Virus record (IMG/VR): IMGVR_UViG_3300009068_002792
Span: 1-55,569 of that record
Strand: one strand, 5' to 3'
DNA length: 55,569 bases
From: a virus
Taxonomy: Duplodnaviria; Caudoviricetes
Positions 1 through 10,457 of the stretch are shown piece by piece; the first letter of the stretch is position 1, and every line of letters begins with the position of its first letter. The translations under genes and the position numbers were made by a program. Under the pieces are notes generated by a model. The model searched no databases, was not told where the DNA came from, and was given only the letters and a program-made list of their open reading frames with translations.

Positions 1-1
1 C

Positions 2-484
2 AACTTCAGCAAAAATATTAATTGGTATATCATTCTCTGAGTATGCTGATATTTTCTTATTGTAAATATGATCAATCTTACCAATAATTTCATCCATTGA
101 ATCTTCGGAGTTCTTGTTTACATAATCTTTTAGCTTGTCTGCTGTTTGAGATATTTCTCTGCGAACTCTTAACTTAATTAATTCTCTGCAAGCTGTCATT
201 GTAGCTTCTTCTGTGATCTGTGAGAAGCTCAAATTATCAATATAATCAAATATATTAATCTCGTCTTTAAATGTAATACCAAGATTCTTGATCTTTTCAG
301 CTAATAGGACTTTATCTACGTTTTCGCCCTTATGCTTAATATTTTTAAATATAGTATATATTGATGAGTGAACATCATTATAAAAATCATTTTCAGTTAA
401 AAATACATCAATATCAGCAAATAGATCTTGATGCCTTAATAAACCGCTTAGTACATGTCTTTCTACTTGTAAAGAGTATATCAT
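2..484 (-). CDS. dnaB: Replicative DNA helicase DnaB-like, N-terminal part (truncated by window edge)
   Basis: Manual translation MIYSLQVERHVLSGLL...ENDFYNDVHSSIYTIF...VDKVLLAEKI matches the DnaB N-terminal pattern (E..vLg.ll / DFy...H..If). Not in the ORF track because it runs off the window. Confidence 0.8.
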   Translation of the reverse strand, partial: MIYSLQVERHVLSGLLRHQDLFADIDVFLTENDFYNDVHSSIYTIFKNIKHKGENVDKVLLAEKIKNLGITFKDEINIFDYIDNLSFSQITEEATMTACRELIKLRVRREISQTADKLKDYVNKNSEDSMDEIIGKIDHIYNKKISAYSENDIPINIFAEV

Positions 485-494
485 CCAGCTTTAT

Positions 495-523
495 ATGATA
501 CCAAACTAAAAATTAAAAGTCAA
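495..523 (-). promoter_or_regulatory. sigma70-type promoter for dnaB
   Basis: TTGACT-17 nt-TATCAT, ending 10 nt before the ATG at 484. Confidence 0.65.
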
Positions 524-529
524 GTGTTT

Positions 530-808
530 TTAATCTCTATCTTCTTCGGAATCATCAAAATCGTCTTCTTCTAAATTTTTCTTTGCTATTTGATCAGTTG
601 TTGCTTCTAGATTTAATTGGTCTACGCTTTGACTCCAAGTATTAACATAATATAAAAGTGCCATAGCATTTATTTGATTGTCAAATTTTGTATATACTTG
701 AGGTTCGCCTTTGCTTGAAAAATTAAACATTATATATCCACCAAAACTGCATTCATCAATTTGTTTTAAAAGGGATTCTGGAAAATTGAATTTTTTCTTG
801 TTTGTCAC
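530..808 (-). CDS. Hypothetical protein with acidic C-terminus
   Basis: 92 aa ORF with GTG start, preceded by the GTGTAA motif (818-823). Confidence 0.7.
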   Translation of the reverse strand: MTNKKKFNFPESLLKQIDECSFGGYIMFNFSSKGEPQVYTKFDNQINAMALLYYVNTWSQSVDQLNLEATTDQIAKKNLEEDDFDDSEEDRD

Positions 809-823
809 CAGATATTTTTACAC

Positions 824-1243
824 TTAAATAATCAAAATTCCACACTTTTCTTCTATATATTGTGGTGATAAATTCTTAAGATCACTTTCATATAGCTCTA
901 GGAATTTAAATTCATTCATTTCAATCCATTTTTCTTTTTTAACATCTCTTTTAATACTTTGAAGATATTTTAATCTAGAATTATCGTGAAAGAACTTATT
1001 AAAGCTCTCATGTTGATCGCCTTGTATCTCAATTGCTATCTTTTTTGTTGCATTTAATATATCAATTTTAAGCATCGTTCCGTAAACTGGAAACTCCTCA
1101 TATACAATATGATTTTTCCAATAAGGATAAAAGAATTGCTTAAATTTAAATTGCAGTTTACTTCTGCATTTTCCATCCCAATCTACAAGGTAATTTCTTA
1201 CGTTCTTATTAACGAGCGTGCCGTTAATATTTAATAATCTCAT
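824..1243 (-). CDS. PD-(D/E)XK / DUF559-Vsr-like endonuclease
   Basis: EEFPV...IDIL....IAIEIQGDQH....FFH...RDVKKEKW motif pattern. Confidence 0.7.
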   Translation of the reverse strand: MRLLNINGTLVNKNVRNYLVDWDGKCRSKLQFKFKQFFYPYWKNHIVYEEFPVYGTMLKIDILNATKKIAIEIQGDQHESFNKFFHDNSRLKYLQSIKRDVKKEKWIEMNEFKFLELYESDLKNLSPQYIEEKCGILII

Positions 1244-2382
1244 AACGCAAGAGTTTTAATGAATTTATTATAAAAATAATCTACGATTGGTTTATTTTCT
1301 TCTAGATAAGCTCTTAGATTATCAATACCTTGATGTTGCTTTTTTAATTCTAAATTAGCATTTTTAAGTTCTTCAATAATCTCATCTGAGAAAGTAACCC
1401 ATGCACCTTTAGCAGTTGCAAATTCCCAAGAAAGAATTTGATCAATAACTTCATATTCTCTCCAAACAGAAGATCCGTCTTTGCGACCATACTTGATTGG
1501 ATATTGAACCTTGGAGTTTGTAGATTCATTTGTGGACTTTTTAATTACGATCTTAACATTATGTCCAATAATTTTATTCTTAATTGGGTCATATTTGTCA
1601 TTTGGTTTTTCTAGAATTAGATCTTTATTAAACTTTGGCTCAAATTCAAGAATCCAATTAGCAAAATGCAACAATGCATTTCCACCAGTAGCAGTAGTTT
1701 GGCGAATATCTTTATTCGCAGCATAAGGATCAAGTTTAATATCAGATCGAACTTGACTAATAAAAATAGCCATATGTCCACGCTTAGAAAGTGCAAGAGA
1801 AATCTTCTTCATTAACATTGATGAAATAACTGCACCTCCTGCAACCTTTGTAGCTTCTGTCATGCTTTTTTGAGAGTCACCTTTAGTCATTAATCCGTCA
1901 ACTGAATCAAGAATAAATATATACCTCTTGTTCTCATCATTAGATTGAATAAGATCTTTCATCAATTCAGAAACTGTTTCAAAAATATTACATTCAAATA
2001 CGAAGCAAGTTCCATCAACCCATTCTTTAGGATCAGTTACGAACTTAATTCCAGAACGATCTTTAATTTCTTTACTCAATCTTCCTTCCGCTTTAAAAAG
2101 TAAAGCTCTGGAATTTTCTACTGTTTTAAGAAAGTTCTTTGTTACTTCAAGTGCTTCTGATGTTTTTCCGCCTTCATTCATTCCAATAAATCTATGAAGT
2201 CCGGGGCAAAGACCACCGCTAGTAGCGATATCTAAATTCAAGCTACCAGTAGAAACCTTATAATAAATCTCATCTTCAAAATTATAATGATCTTCTTTGT
2301 TATCTTTTAAAAATGATAGTAGTCTATCTGATGCACTTGGACCAGATGATTGTTCGATTTCTTCTTTAGGTTTTCTTGCCAT
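1240..2382 (-). CDS. recA: RecA/UvsX-like recombinase
   Basis: STGSLNLDIATSGG, Walker A GMNEGGKTS, Walker B FILDSV, FISQVR, TGGNALLHFA. Confidence 0.9.
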   Translation of the reverse strand: MARKPKEEIEQSSGPSASDRLLSFLKDNKEDHYNFEDEIYYKVSTGSLNLDIATSGGLCPGLHRFIGMNEGGKTSEALEVTKNFLKTVENSRALLFKAEGRLSKEIKDRSGIKFVTDPKEWVDGTCFVFECNIFETVSELMKDLIQSNDENKRYIFILDSVDGLMTKGDSQKSMTEATKVAGGAVISSMLMKKISLALSKRGHMAIFISQVRSDIKLDPYAANKDIRQTTATGGNALLHFANWILEFEPKFNKDLILEKPNDKYDPIKNKIIGHNVKIVIKKSTNESTNSKVQYPIKYGRKDGSSVWREYEVIDQILSWEFATAKGAWVTFSDEIIEELKNANLELKKQHQGIDNLRAYLEENKPIVDYFYNKFIKTLAL

Positions 2383-2710
2383 ATCTTATAAATTCTAGCA
2401 GAGTTTTAGGTTTTTTGCAAATGTTTTTATCTTCATTTACTTTATTTTCCTCTAGTTCTACTTTCTCCTTATTTAAATTTAAATTAAAACTTTCATATTC
2501 CTTTAATATAAAAGCTTTGCCCTCTGGTTTAAGAAACCAAGCTAGTGAAGGAGGTGGACTTCCTAACTCTTTCAGATTATCCCAAAAATCAAAAGAATTA
2601 AATCTTTTAACTAATCTTTGGGCGATTTTAATCTCTCTTGCCCAATTAATATTTCCTTTAACAAATTTTTTAACTACTAATTGACAAAGTTTATGGTTTA
2701 CTGTTTTCAA
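2366..2710 (-). CDS. Hypothetical phage protein
   Basis: 114 aa ORF overlapping both neighbours in operon fashion. Confidence 0.7.
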   Translation of the reverse strand: MKTVNHKLCQLVVKKFVKGNINWAREIKIAQRLVKRFNSFDFWDNLKELGSPPPSLAWFLKPEGKAFILKEYESFNLNLNKEKVELEENKVNEDKNICKKPKTLLEFIRYGKKT

Positions 2711-3836
2711 TATCCCATCTTACCATTTTTTCAACCAGCTTGTCAAATGAAATTTTTGGTGACCATCCTAATTCTGTTCTTGCTTTATTTGAGTCTCCAA
2801 GAAGAAGCTCTACTTCTGCTGGTCTATAAAATTTTGGATTTATCTGAACAAGAACTTTACTATCATCAGAAATATACATAACATGTTCATTTTCACCAAT
2901 CCATTTACCATTAATTCCAGCGATAGTAAATGCCTTTTCAACAAACTCCTTAATTGTGTGAGTTTCATTTGAAGAGAAAACGTATTCTTGTGGTGTGCCA
3001 CTATAGTTTTTATTATAGTGGTCTTGATTAAGCATCATCCATACGCCTTCTACAAAATCTTCTGCATCACTCCAATCTCTTTTTGCTTCGATATTTCCTA
3101 ATTCTAAAGGAGTGAATTCTTCATGATTTTTAATTGAATTAAAAATTCGAGCTACATTTTTTGTTACTTTTCTGGTAACAAACTCTTCTCCTCGTCTTGT
3201 GCCTTCATGATTAAATAACCATCCTTGGATTGCGTATAAATTATAAGAATCTCTATAAACTTTAATAAGTTGTCTTGAAGCGGCTTTGCTTGCCCCATAT
3301 GGGCTTCTTGGTCTTAATGGATGCTTTTCGTCTTGTGGTGCATAAAGAATATTTCCAAATTCTTCGCTTGAACCAGCTTGATATAAACGACAAGAAGGTT
3401 TGTAAAGTCTAATAGCTTCTAGAATATCTAAAACACTCGTAGAGTTAGCTGCCCAAGTTTGTCTAGCAAAATCCCAACTACTTGCAACAAAACTTTGTGC
3501 AGCAAAATTAATAAAATAATCTGGTTGTATTTTTTCTACTGTTCTAGATATGGCATGAGGGTCAGTTAAATCAAAGTTAATCAAATGAAATCTATCAGAA
3601 TTAATATGCTTAATGTTTTCATGATTATAAACGCTTAATCTTCTGACTCCACCAAAAATAAGATAATCAGTATTCTTAAGCAAAAAGTCTACCATATGAC
3701 TACCATCTTGACCAGTAACTCCTGTAATAACTACGGTTTTTCTTCCATTAATTAATTTACTTGCATCTTCAATATTTAAAATATTCGCTGTATCTATCTT
3801 TTTCCCATGATAAGTTTCTTGAAAATTTTTACTCAT
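2691..3836 (-). CDS. gmd: GDP-mannose 4,6-dehydratase
   Basis: ITGVTGQDGSHM, AAQSFV, YQAGSSEEFG, PRSPYGASK, LFNHE..RRGEEFVTRKVT, GNIEAKRDW, FYRPAEVELLLGD. Confidence 0.95.
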   Translation of the reverse strand: MSKNFQETYHGKKIDTANILNIEDASKLINGRKTVVITGVTGQDGSHMVDFLLKNTDYLIFGGVRRLSVYNHENIKHINSDRFHLINFDLTDPHAISRTVEKIQPDYFINFAAQSFVASSWDFARQTWAANSTSVLDILEAIRLYKPSCRLYQAGSSEEFGNILYAPQDEKHPLRPRSPYGASKAASRQLIKVYRDSYNLYAIQGWLFNHEGTRRGEEFVTRKVTKNVARIFNSIKNHEEFTPLELGNIEAKRDWSDAEDFVEGVWMMLNQDHYNKNYSGTPQEYVFSSNETHTIKEFVEKAFTIAGINGKWIGENEHVMYISDDSKVLVQINPKFYRPAEVELLLGDSNKARTELGWSPKISFDKLVEKMVRWDIENSKP

Positions 3837-3844
3837 ATTATATA

Positions 3845-4819
3845 TTATGATCTATTTTTATAAAATTCAACAGTTTGTTTTAAACCTTCGCTAAAAGAAG
3901 TTTTAGGATGCCAATTTAATTCTTGAGTTATTTTTGCATTATCTATAGCATATCTAAAATCGTGTCCTTTGCGATCTTCTACAAAAGATATATAATCTTG
4001 AGGATTAACATTTAATACTTGGCAAATATCATTAATAATTTCTAGGTTTGTTTTTTCGCAATTTCCACCTACATTATAAGTTTCTCCAATTTTACCATTA
4101 TTTAATACAAACCATACTGCTTCACAATGATCCTCAACAAAAATCCAATCTCTTATATTTTTTCCGTTGCCATAAACAGGTATTTTTTTATTATTTAATA
4201 TAGAGTTTATAACAACTGGTATAAACTTTTCATTATGTTGATTTGGTCCATAATTATTCGAGCAGTTTGAGATAGTGACTAAAGCTTTAAAAGTATGATT
4301 ATAAGCTCTAACTAGCATATCACTAGCGGCTTTTGATGCTGAGTATGGTGAATTTGGAGCATAAGCTGTTGTTTCTGTAAACTTGCCTTCTTCGCCTAAA
4401 CTGCCATAAACTTCATCAGTCGAAACATGATGAAATCTAATTTCTGGAAAATCTCTAATAATTTCTAATAGATTAAATGTACCAAGTATATTAGATTGAA
4501 TAAATCGCCTTGGATCAGATATTGAGTTATCAACATGAGATTCGGCCGCAAAATGAACTATATGAGTTATATTGTATTCTTTTATTATTTGTTTGAATTG
4601 ATCTTTAATAGAAGGATTATCTAACATTTCTAACCAGAAATCATAAAATTTATACTTTGGATTATCTTCAAAATCTTCTGCATTGTTTGTGTTTGATGCC
4701 GAATGTTGTTTTGTTATTGTATCTATGTTTACGACAATATTTATTTCTTTTTTATTAATTATATATTTAATAAAATTAGAACCAATAAACCCAAGTCCAC
4801 CAGTTACAAGTATATTCAT
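3845..4819 (-). CDS. rfbB: dTDP-glucose 4,6-dehydratase (RmlB)
   Basis: TGGLGFIGSN, HFAAESHVDNSI, HVSTDEVYG, PNSPYSASKA, CSNNYGP, DRKGHDFRYA. Confidence 0.95.
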   Translation of the reverse strand: MNILVTGGLGFIGSNFIKYIINKKEINIVVNIDTITKQHSASNTNNAEDFEDNPKYKFYDFWLEMLDNPSIKDQFKQIIKEYNITHIVHFAAESHVDNSISDPRRFIQSNILGTFNLLEIIRDFPEIRFHHVSTDEVYGSLGEEGKFTETTAYAPNSPYSASKAASDMLVRAYNHTFKALVTISNCSNNYGPNQHNEKFIPVVINSILNNKKIPVYGNGKNIRDWIFVEDHCEAVWFVLNNGKIGETYNVGGNCEKTNLEIINDICQVLNVNPQDYISFVEDRKGHDFRYAIDNAKITQELNWHPKTSFSEGLKQTVEFYKNRS

Positions 4820-5583
4820 GAATTAATAATCTTCTCCCAATCTACAAATGGAGCAATAAAAGGTATTTGACAATGAGTTGAAAGAGATGGAATTGGAGTT
4901 AAGAATTTTGTTTGATGCTTTTCAGAGATTTTTCCACAAAATGTATTATCAGACATTCCAAATGACAGCAAATCATAATCTCTATCGAATAATTTTTTAG
5001 ACATAATCCAAGAAGAACATATTAGTGGAACTTCTCTCCAATGCAGATAAGAACTTAAGATTACTTTAGATTTTAAATCTTTATACATTCCCCAATGATC
5101 TACTCGGTTTTCTTGAACAAAAATATATTTATCTAAATGATCGTACAAGGAAATATAATAATTATCGCCAATGTATCTATTAAATAAATCTAAAGTCATT
5201 TCTGCCCAATGATTTTGATGTACATAATCATTTTCTAGAATATAAATCAAACTATCATCTGGTAGATTATCGTTTTTAATGATTTGAGATACCAAAGCTC
5301 CAGATTTAGAAGAGCCATCTGTTTGATAACTTTCGCCTTTAAAGTCTTTTGTATTTATTAATTTAACTTTAAATGGAAATTGATTTTGATACTTGGGAGT
5401 ATAATGCTCATTATAATCTTCTTGAGTTCCATCAAAACAAACAGTAAGCTCACAAAAATTAAAATTGGTTGTTGATAATAAGTTTTTAAAAACTTTTTCA
5501 TAGTCAAACCATTGAGGTCTTCCATTGTTTGGTTTATTCAATTTTGTTTGTCTGAGATAAATGTTTATTTTATTATATTTCAT
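4816..5583 (-). CDS. Putative GT-A fold glycosyltransferase
   Basis: IYILENDYVH (DxD-like) and TPIPSLSTH, within the sugar cluster. Start moved to the second Met, which gives an ATGA overlap. Confidence 0.55.
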   Translation of the reverse strand: MKYNKINIYLRQTKLNKPNNGRPQWFDYEKVFKNLLSTTNFNFCELTVCFDGTQEDYNEHYTPKYQNQFPFKVKLINTKDFKGESYQTDGSSKSGALVSQIIKNDNLPDDSLIYILENDYVHQNHWAEMTLDLFNRYIGDNYYISLYDHLDKYIFVQENRVDHWGMYKDLKSKVILSSYLHWREVPLICSSWIMSKKLFDRDYDLLSFGMSDNTFCGKISEKHQTKFLTPIPSLSTHCQIPFIAPFVDWEKIINS

Positions 5584-6386
5584 TTGCATAATATATTTAA
5601 AGTATCCTCTAAAGAATATTTAGGTTTAAACCCTAAAGATTCTAATTTATCTATATTCATATGGAAATTTTTAGCTTGTACTTGTTGATGAAACTTTGGG
5701 CTTTGTATAACATTAATTTTACTCCTTGAGTTCAATTTATTTTTACAATAATCAATAATATCTATCATTCTTGTACTTTCTTTACTTCCTATATTATATA
5801 TTGTTTCTTTACCATTATCTGTAATTAATTTAATTGCGCGACATGCATCTTCAACATTTAAAAAATTTCTATAATTGTCGCCTTCGTAAACATTAACTTC
5901 TTCGTTATTTCTTAATTTTGAAATCATGTATTCTGTAGCATTCTTTTTAGAGCTAGCGTTTTTATCTTTGCCAATTATATTGCAGAGCCTTAAAATTTTA
6001 TATTTAATATTAAAAGTTTCACAATAAGATTCTAGTAGTTGCTCTTGCGAAAGCTTTGCTATTGAATAAAATCCTTTGGGATTACAGCAATCAGATTCTT
6101 TATTAATTTCACAATTATTCTTGCCATAAACAAACCAACTTGATATTAAGTTAAAAGAATGCGCTGATGTTAAATTTTCAAACATTTCAGTTAATAATAA
6201 AAGGTTTGTTTTAACTTCTAAAGTCGGATCTTTAAAGACTGAATAATTAGAATTCGTGCCACGAAAATAAAGTATATCTTTATATTTTGATAAAATTGAA
6301 GATCTTTCTTCTGCAAAGGATAAGTCCGAATATAACTCCATCCATTTGCTTCCGATAAAACCGCTTGCACCAAAAACGCTTATCAT
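5580..6386 (-). CDS. NAD-dependent epimerase/dehydratase (extended SDR)
   Basis: VFGASGFIG, SSWFVYG, YSIAK (YxxxK). Confidence 0.85.
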   Translation of the reverse strand: MISVFGASGFIGSKWMELYSDLSFAEERSSILSKYKDILYFRGTNSNYSVFKDPTLEVKTNLLLLTEMFENLTSAHSFNLISSWFVYGKNNCEINKESDCCNPKGFYSIAKLSQEQLLESYCETFNIKYKILRLCNIIGKDKNASSKKNATEYMISKLRNNEEVNVYEGDNYRNFLNVEDACRAIKLITDNGKETIYNIGSKESTRMIDIIDYCKNKLNSRSKINVIQSPKFHQQVQAKNFHMNIDKLESLGFKPKYSLEDTLNILCK

Positions 6387-6387
6387 A

Positions 6388-7692
6388 TTAATTCTGATAT
6401 TGCTGTAAAACTTTTTCTATATAATCAATATTTTTATCTGAAATTGTTGGCGCACATCCAACGAAGAATACTAAATCAAGAACTTTATTGGATTCTGGAT
6501 ATAGTTTATAATCATCTAAGTGCTTGTATCCATTATGCATTAATAGATTTCCTGCAAAATAATTTCTTGTTTGTATTCCATTTGATTCAAGATAAGAAAC
6601 AAGCTTTTGTTTCTGTTCTTTATTTTTACAAATTAATGGAACTCCAAAAGGAGTCCAATCTGTTTTATTCAAAACTTCTACAGATCGAATATTGTTTACA
6701 TATTTAATAAACAAATTTGAAATCTTTGAGCAATTTGAGCTTCTTGTTTCGCAAATGAAATTTAGTTTTTTAAGTTGCTCTATTCCAATTGCTCCTTGTA
6801 AATCTAGAGGTTTTAAATTGTATCCGATTCTATTGAAAACGTACTTATGGTCTATAATAATTTCTGGAAAATCAGAAAGCCAATTAGAGAATCTCTTACC
6901 GCAAGAACCATTGGCTAGTAAATTACAAGTTCCTACGCAGTAACAATCACGACCCCAAGTACCATAACTTCGAGCTAGTTGAACTATTTCTTCATGATTA
7001 GAAGAAACCATTCCTCCTTCTAATGTGGTAATTTCATGTGCAGGATAAAATGAGCAAGCTGAAGCCTCTGAGTATTCATTTAAATACTTGCCATTCCATT
7101 TAGATCCTAAAGAATCGCAATTATCTAAAAGTAATTTAATATTATTAGCTTCGAGCATATTAATTAATTGATCCATATCTGGTGGATTACCTAATACTGG
7201 AGATAAAAACGTTGCCACTGTTTTACTTGTTATTTTTTCTTTTATTTTATTGATATCATAATTTAATGTATTCCATTCAATATCAACGAATACTGGTTTA
7301 AGATTGTTCTGGATAATAGCTGAAACGGTTGTTGGAAATCCTACCGCTGATACGATAATCTCATCTCCATCTTTCCATTTGTAGTATTCTTTACAAGCTG
7401 CGACTAGTAATAGATTGGCCGAAGAACCAGAATTTGTGAAGAAAGAAGATTTTTGATTTATCGCTTTACTAAATTGCTTTTCAAATTGAGCGCAAACTTC
7501 TCCACTAGATGACCATTTACCAAATAAAAGAGTTTCAATAGCTGCTGCGATTTCATTATCATCAAAATATGCGCCAGAATAATATACTTTATTATCTGGT
7601 GCGTTTAAATTATGACAGAATTTGGGTAATCTACCATGCTCTTCTTGTAGATTATTTATAAAATCTTTAATTTTTTGTCTGTGTTCGCTCAT
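6388..7692 (-). CDS. rfbH: RfbH/DdhC-like NDP-4-keto-6-deoxyglucose 3-dehydrase (PMP, Fe-S)
   Basis: NSGSSANLL, DNCDSLGS, SFYPAHEITTLEGG (His where aminotransferases have Lys), Cys cluster RDCYC...C....SCGKRF, DHKYVF..IGYNLKPLDLQ, TRNYFAGN. Confidence 0.85.
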   Translation of the reverse strand: MSEHRQKIKDFINNLQEEHGRLPKFCHNLNAPDNKVYYSGAYFDDNEIAAAIETLLFGKWSSSGEVCAQFEKQFSKAINQKSSFFTNSGSSANLLLVAACKEYYKWKDGDEIIVSAVGFPTTVSAIIQNNLKPVFVDIEWNTLNYDINKIKEKITSKTVATFLSPVLGNPPDMDQLINMLEANNIKLLLDNCDSLGSKWNGKYLNEYSEASACSFYPAHEITTLEGGMVSSNHEEIVQLARSYGTWGRDCYCVGTCNLLANGSCGKRFSNWLSDFPEIIIDHKYVFNRIGYNLKPLDLQGAIGIEQLKKLNFICETRSSNCSKISNLFIKYVNNIRSVEVLNKTDWTPFGVPLICKNKEQKQKLVSYLESNGIQTRNYFAGNLLMHNGYKHLDDYKLYPESNKVLDLVFFVGCAPTISDKNIDYIEKVLQQYQN

Positions 7693-8531
7693 TTTATGTT
7701 TAAATAATAATCTCTATAGTTTTGAAATTCATTTATCTTCTTGGGATAATGAAATCCAAAGCTTAATTTATTATTATACTCATTTAATGTGATTGGGTCA
7801 AGTGAAAATTGCATGCATTGTTGGATATTTGCAACTGATCCTTGTTCAAAAATACCATTAATAATATGACTATAAAATAAATCCTCTGCTACTCTTGTTC
7901 CATTTGTGCCATATTCTCTTATTATTGATTTTGAATATCGTCTACTTACTTCTTCGCAAGCAGATCTTAATCTAAAACTAAAGCCTCCATTACCACACCT
8001 GACGCTAGGAAATCCCATGCTTTGCCAATTTCCATTATTATTAATTTCAATGCTTGGACTATGACACCAAGCAGACCCGATATATTTTAATTTATTATTT
8101 AATACGAAACGTTCCCAACCATTTTTAATTAAAAATCCATCTGGATGAAAGAAAAGCAGATTTTCAAATACTTTAGGAAGATACTTCCAAATCTCTTCAA
8201 ACATAAATTGGGAGTATTTATCGTGGCTATCTTGGATTGGTATTTTGATGTGTTCTACTCTAGCATTTTTGTATCTAGGATCATTATTTAATAGATTATT
8301 TGAGTTTGGGCTAAATATAAAAATAGGATAATTATATTCAGAAAAATTCTTAAAACTATGGACTACAGAAAAATCTTCTATAGCATTTATATCTCTATCT
8401 CTGCCTTCAAAATAAATACCACAAAAACTATCTGATTGTTGTTTGATATCTAAATTTGAAGTTAATGTATCAAAACAAATTTTACCAAGAACTTCTAAAT
8501 CTTCTTGATTTTTTTTATTTATAAAATTCAT
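7689..8531 (-). CDS. DUF5672-like glycosyltransferase-related protein
   Basis: HPDGFLI, YIGSAW, GNGGFSFR, AEDLFY, FGFH motifs. Confidence 0.75.
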   Translation of the reverse strand: MNFINKKNQEDLEVLGKICFDTLTSNLDIKQQSDSFCGIYFEGRDRDINAIEDFSVVHSFKNFSEYNYPIFIFSPNSNNLLNNDPRYKNARVEHIKIPIQDSHDKYSQFMFEEIWKYLPKVFENLLFFHPDGFLIKNGWERFVLNNKLKYIGSAWCHSPSIEINNNGNWQSMGFPSVRCGNGGFSFRLRSACEEVSRRYSKSIIREYGTNGTRVAEDLFYSHIINGIFEQGSVANIQQCMQFSLDPITLNEYNNKLSFGFHYPKKINEFQNYRDYYLNIK

Positions 8532-9352
8532 TAATAGTAAAAGCTGAGGTTTTCTTTAAATAATTCTTTATTGTTGAGAATATAATCTGGCATATTCTCT
8601 TTATTCCAATCTACTTGATACAATGGAGTTTTTAGAGGATCAAAAGAAATTTTATTTTTAATACAATTTATTAGACCTTCTTTATCTTTAACACAATTAT
8701 TCATTTCGTTTGCATGACAAAAAAATTTAAATTTATCAACTGTTCTATCTAATCCAGCACAATAGCTAAAATGCCATCCACCATTTTCAATAAAGATAAA
8801 TTTGTTTTTATGATCTATTCCATTGATGGTGTTATTAAGTCTTACTTGTCTAAGCCAAAAGAGTCTATCTTTCGTTAAATGTTCGCCTTTAATCAATATA
8901 GAACCAAAAAAGGGGTCTTCTGATCTTAGATCAAAACATAATTGTCTGCTATCATTAATAAATACATATGGTTTTTCTAAAGCAACGTCAGATAAAATAA
9001 TTTTTTCTAATAACTCTGGTCTTGGAATTTCATCTAAATCGCCATGGATTACTTTATAAGTTGTTTTTAATCCATGTTCTTTAATTAAGATTTCTGCGAT
9101 TACTTCTCTGCCATTCCAATCATTAAAAGTAAAATTCTTATCTTTGCAATAATGTCCTTGATAGTAGTGAATTTTATCTTTAAATTTATAAAATCTATCT
9201 GCTTGTTTTGGATATTCTAGCTCTCTAGGAAGCAAACTATGAGATATAGCTGACTCAACAATAATAAATTTATCGACAATTGGATCTAAAGTATTTAAAC
9301 GAATATCTAAAATATCCTCTTCGCCATTGTACATGAATGTATCAAATATCAT
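8531..9352 (-). CDS. Glycosyltransferase family 17-like
   Basis: IFDTFMYNGEEDILDIRL, VDKFIIVES, GDLDEIP, GGWHFSY. Confidence 0.85.
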   Translation of the reverse strand: MIFDTFMYNGEEDILDIRLNTLDPIVDKFIIVESAISHSLLPRELEYPKQADRFYKFKDKIHYYQGHYCKDKNFTFNDWNGREVIAEILIKEHGLKTTYKVIHGDLDEIPRPELLEKIILSDVALEKPYVFINDSRQLCFDLRSEDPFFGSILIKGEHLTKDRLFWLRQVRLNNTINGIDHKNKFIFIENGGWHFSYCAGLDRTVDKFKFFCHANEMNNCVKDKEGLINCIKNKISFDPLKTPLYQVDWNKENMPDYILNNKELFKENLSFYY

Positions 9353-9353
9353 A

Positions 9354-10457
9354 TTAAAATTTATTTAATACATCGCAAACATATTCTATCTCTGCTTGAA
9401 CCATAAAAGGATGAATTGGTAAACTTAAAATTTGATCGCTAAATTCGCGAGTATTTTCGTTATTAAAATTTAGATTTTTATACATTGGCATTAATTCAAT
9501 CGGTATAGGGTAATGAATTCCACTTTCTATATTATTCTTTTTTAGATATGAAATTAAATCGTCTCTTTGATTTGTCCTAATGCAGAATATATGGTATACA
9601 TGCTCCATGTGTTCAGACTTCTTAGGAAGTATAATCTTTAGATTTTTAATTTTATCAATATAGTGATTAGCGACTTTAATCCTTGCTTCGTTCCATGAAT
9701 CAAGTTTTTTTATTTTTTCAATAAGAGCTGCGGCCTGTATTGAGTCTAATCTATGGTTAAAACCTTTTAATTCATGAACATATTTCTCTTGAGAACCTAG
9801 ATTTCTTAATTTTTTTATTGTCTTAAATATTTCTTCTGAATCTGTTGTGATAATTCCTGCGTCACCCATCGCTCCAAGATTTTTTCCGGGATATAAAGAG
9901 AAAGCTGAAACATGTCCAAATGATCCTGTTTTTTTATTTAAAATAGTAGATCCATGAGATTGAGAAGCATCCTCTACAATATATGATTCATATTTATTAG
10001 CTAAATCAATAATCTTAGCCATATTGCAAGATTTACCATAAAGATGAACTGGCATGATTATGCTGTTTTTATATAATATTCTTGTTCTTTCTAAACGCTC
10101 CTCTAGCTTTTGAACATCTATAAGATAATCCTCATTACAATCAATGAGTTCTACTCTAGCATTTGGTAGAGCTTGTTCTGCACCAAAAATAGTAGCAACA
10201 AAAGTATTCGCTGGAATATAAATGATTGTAGGTTCTTCGATGCATAATCCTTTTACTGCAAGCATAATTGCATCTGTGCCATTTGATACTCCAATTGAGT
10301 ATTTTGTGCCAATATATTTAGAAAATTCTTTTTCGAATTCTTCTACCATTGGTCCACTAATATAAGATGAATCATTAAATAACTTATCAAAGGATTTGGA
10401 TAAATTATCTTTGATTTCTAGATATTGGGCATTTAAATTGTTAAACTTTACTTGCAT
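9354..10457 (-). CDS. DegT/DnrJ/EryC1/StrS sugar aminotransferase
   Basis: VSNGTDA, PANTFVAT, PVHLYG, EDASQSHG, SLYPGKNLGAMGDAG (PLP Lys), GIHYPIP. Confidence 0.92.
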   Translation of the reverse strand: MQVKFNNLNAQYLEIKDNLSKSFDKLFNDSSYISGPMVEEFEKEFSKYIGTKYSIGVSNGTDAIMLAVKGLCIEEPTIIYIPANTFVATIFGAEQALPNARVELIDCNEDYLIDVQKLEERLERTRILYKNSIIMPVHLYGKSCNMAKIIDLANKYESYIVEDASQSHGSTILNKKTGSFGHVSAFSLYPGKNLGAMGDAGIITTDSEEIFKTIKKLRNLGSQEKYVHELKGFNHRLDSIQAAALIEKIKKLDSWNEARIKVANHYIDKIKNLKIILPKKSEHMEHVYHIFCIRTNQRDDLISYLKKNNIESGIHYPIPIELMPMYKNLNFNNENTREFSDQILSLPIHPFMVQAEIEYVCDVLNKF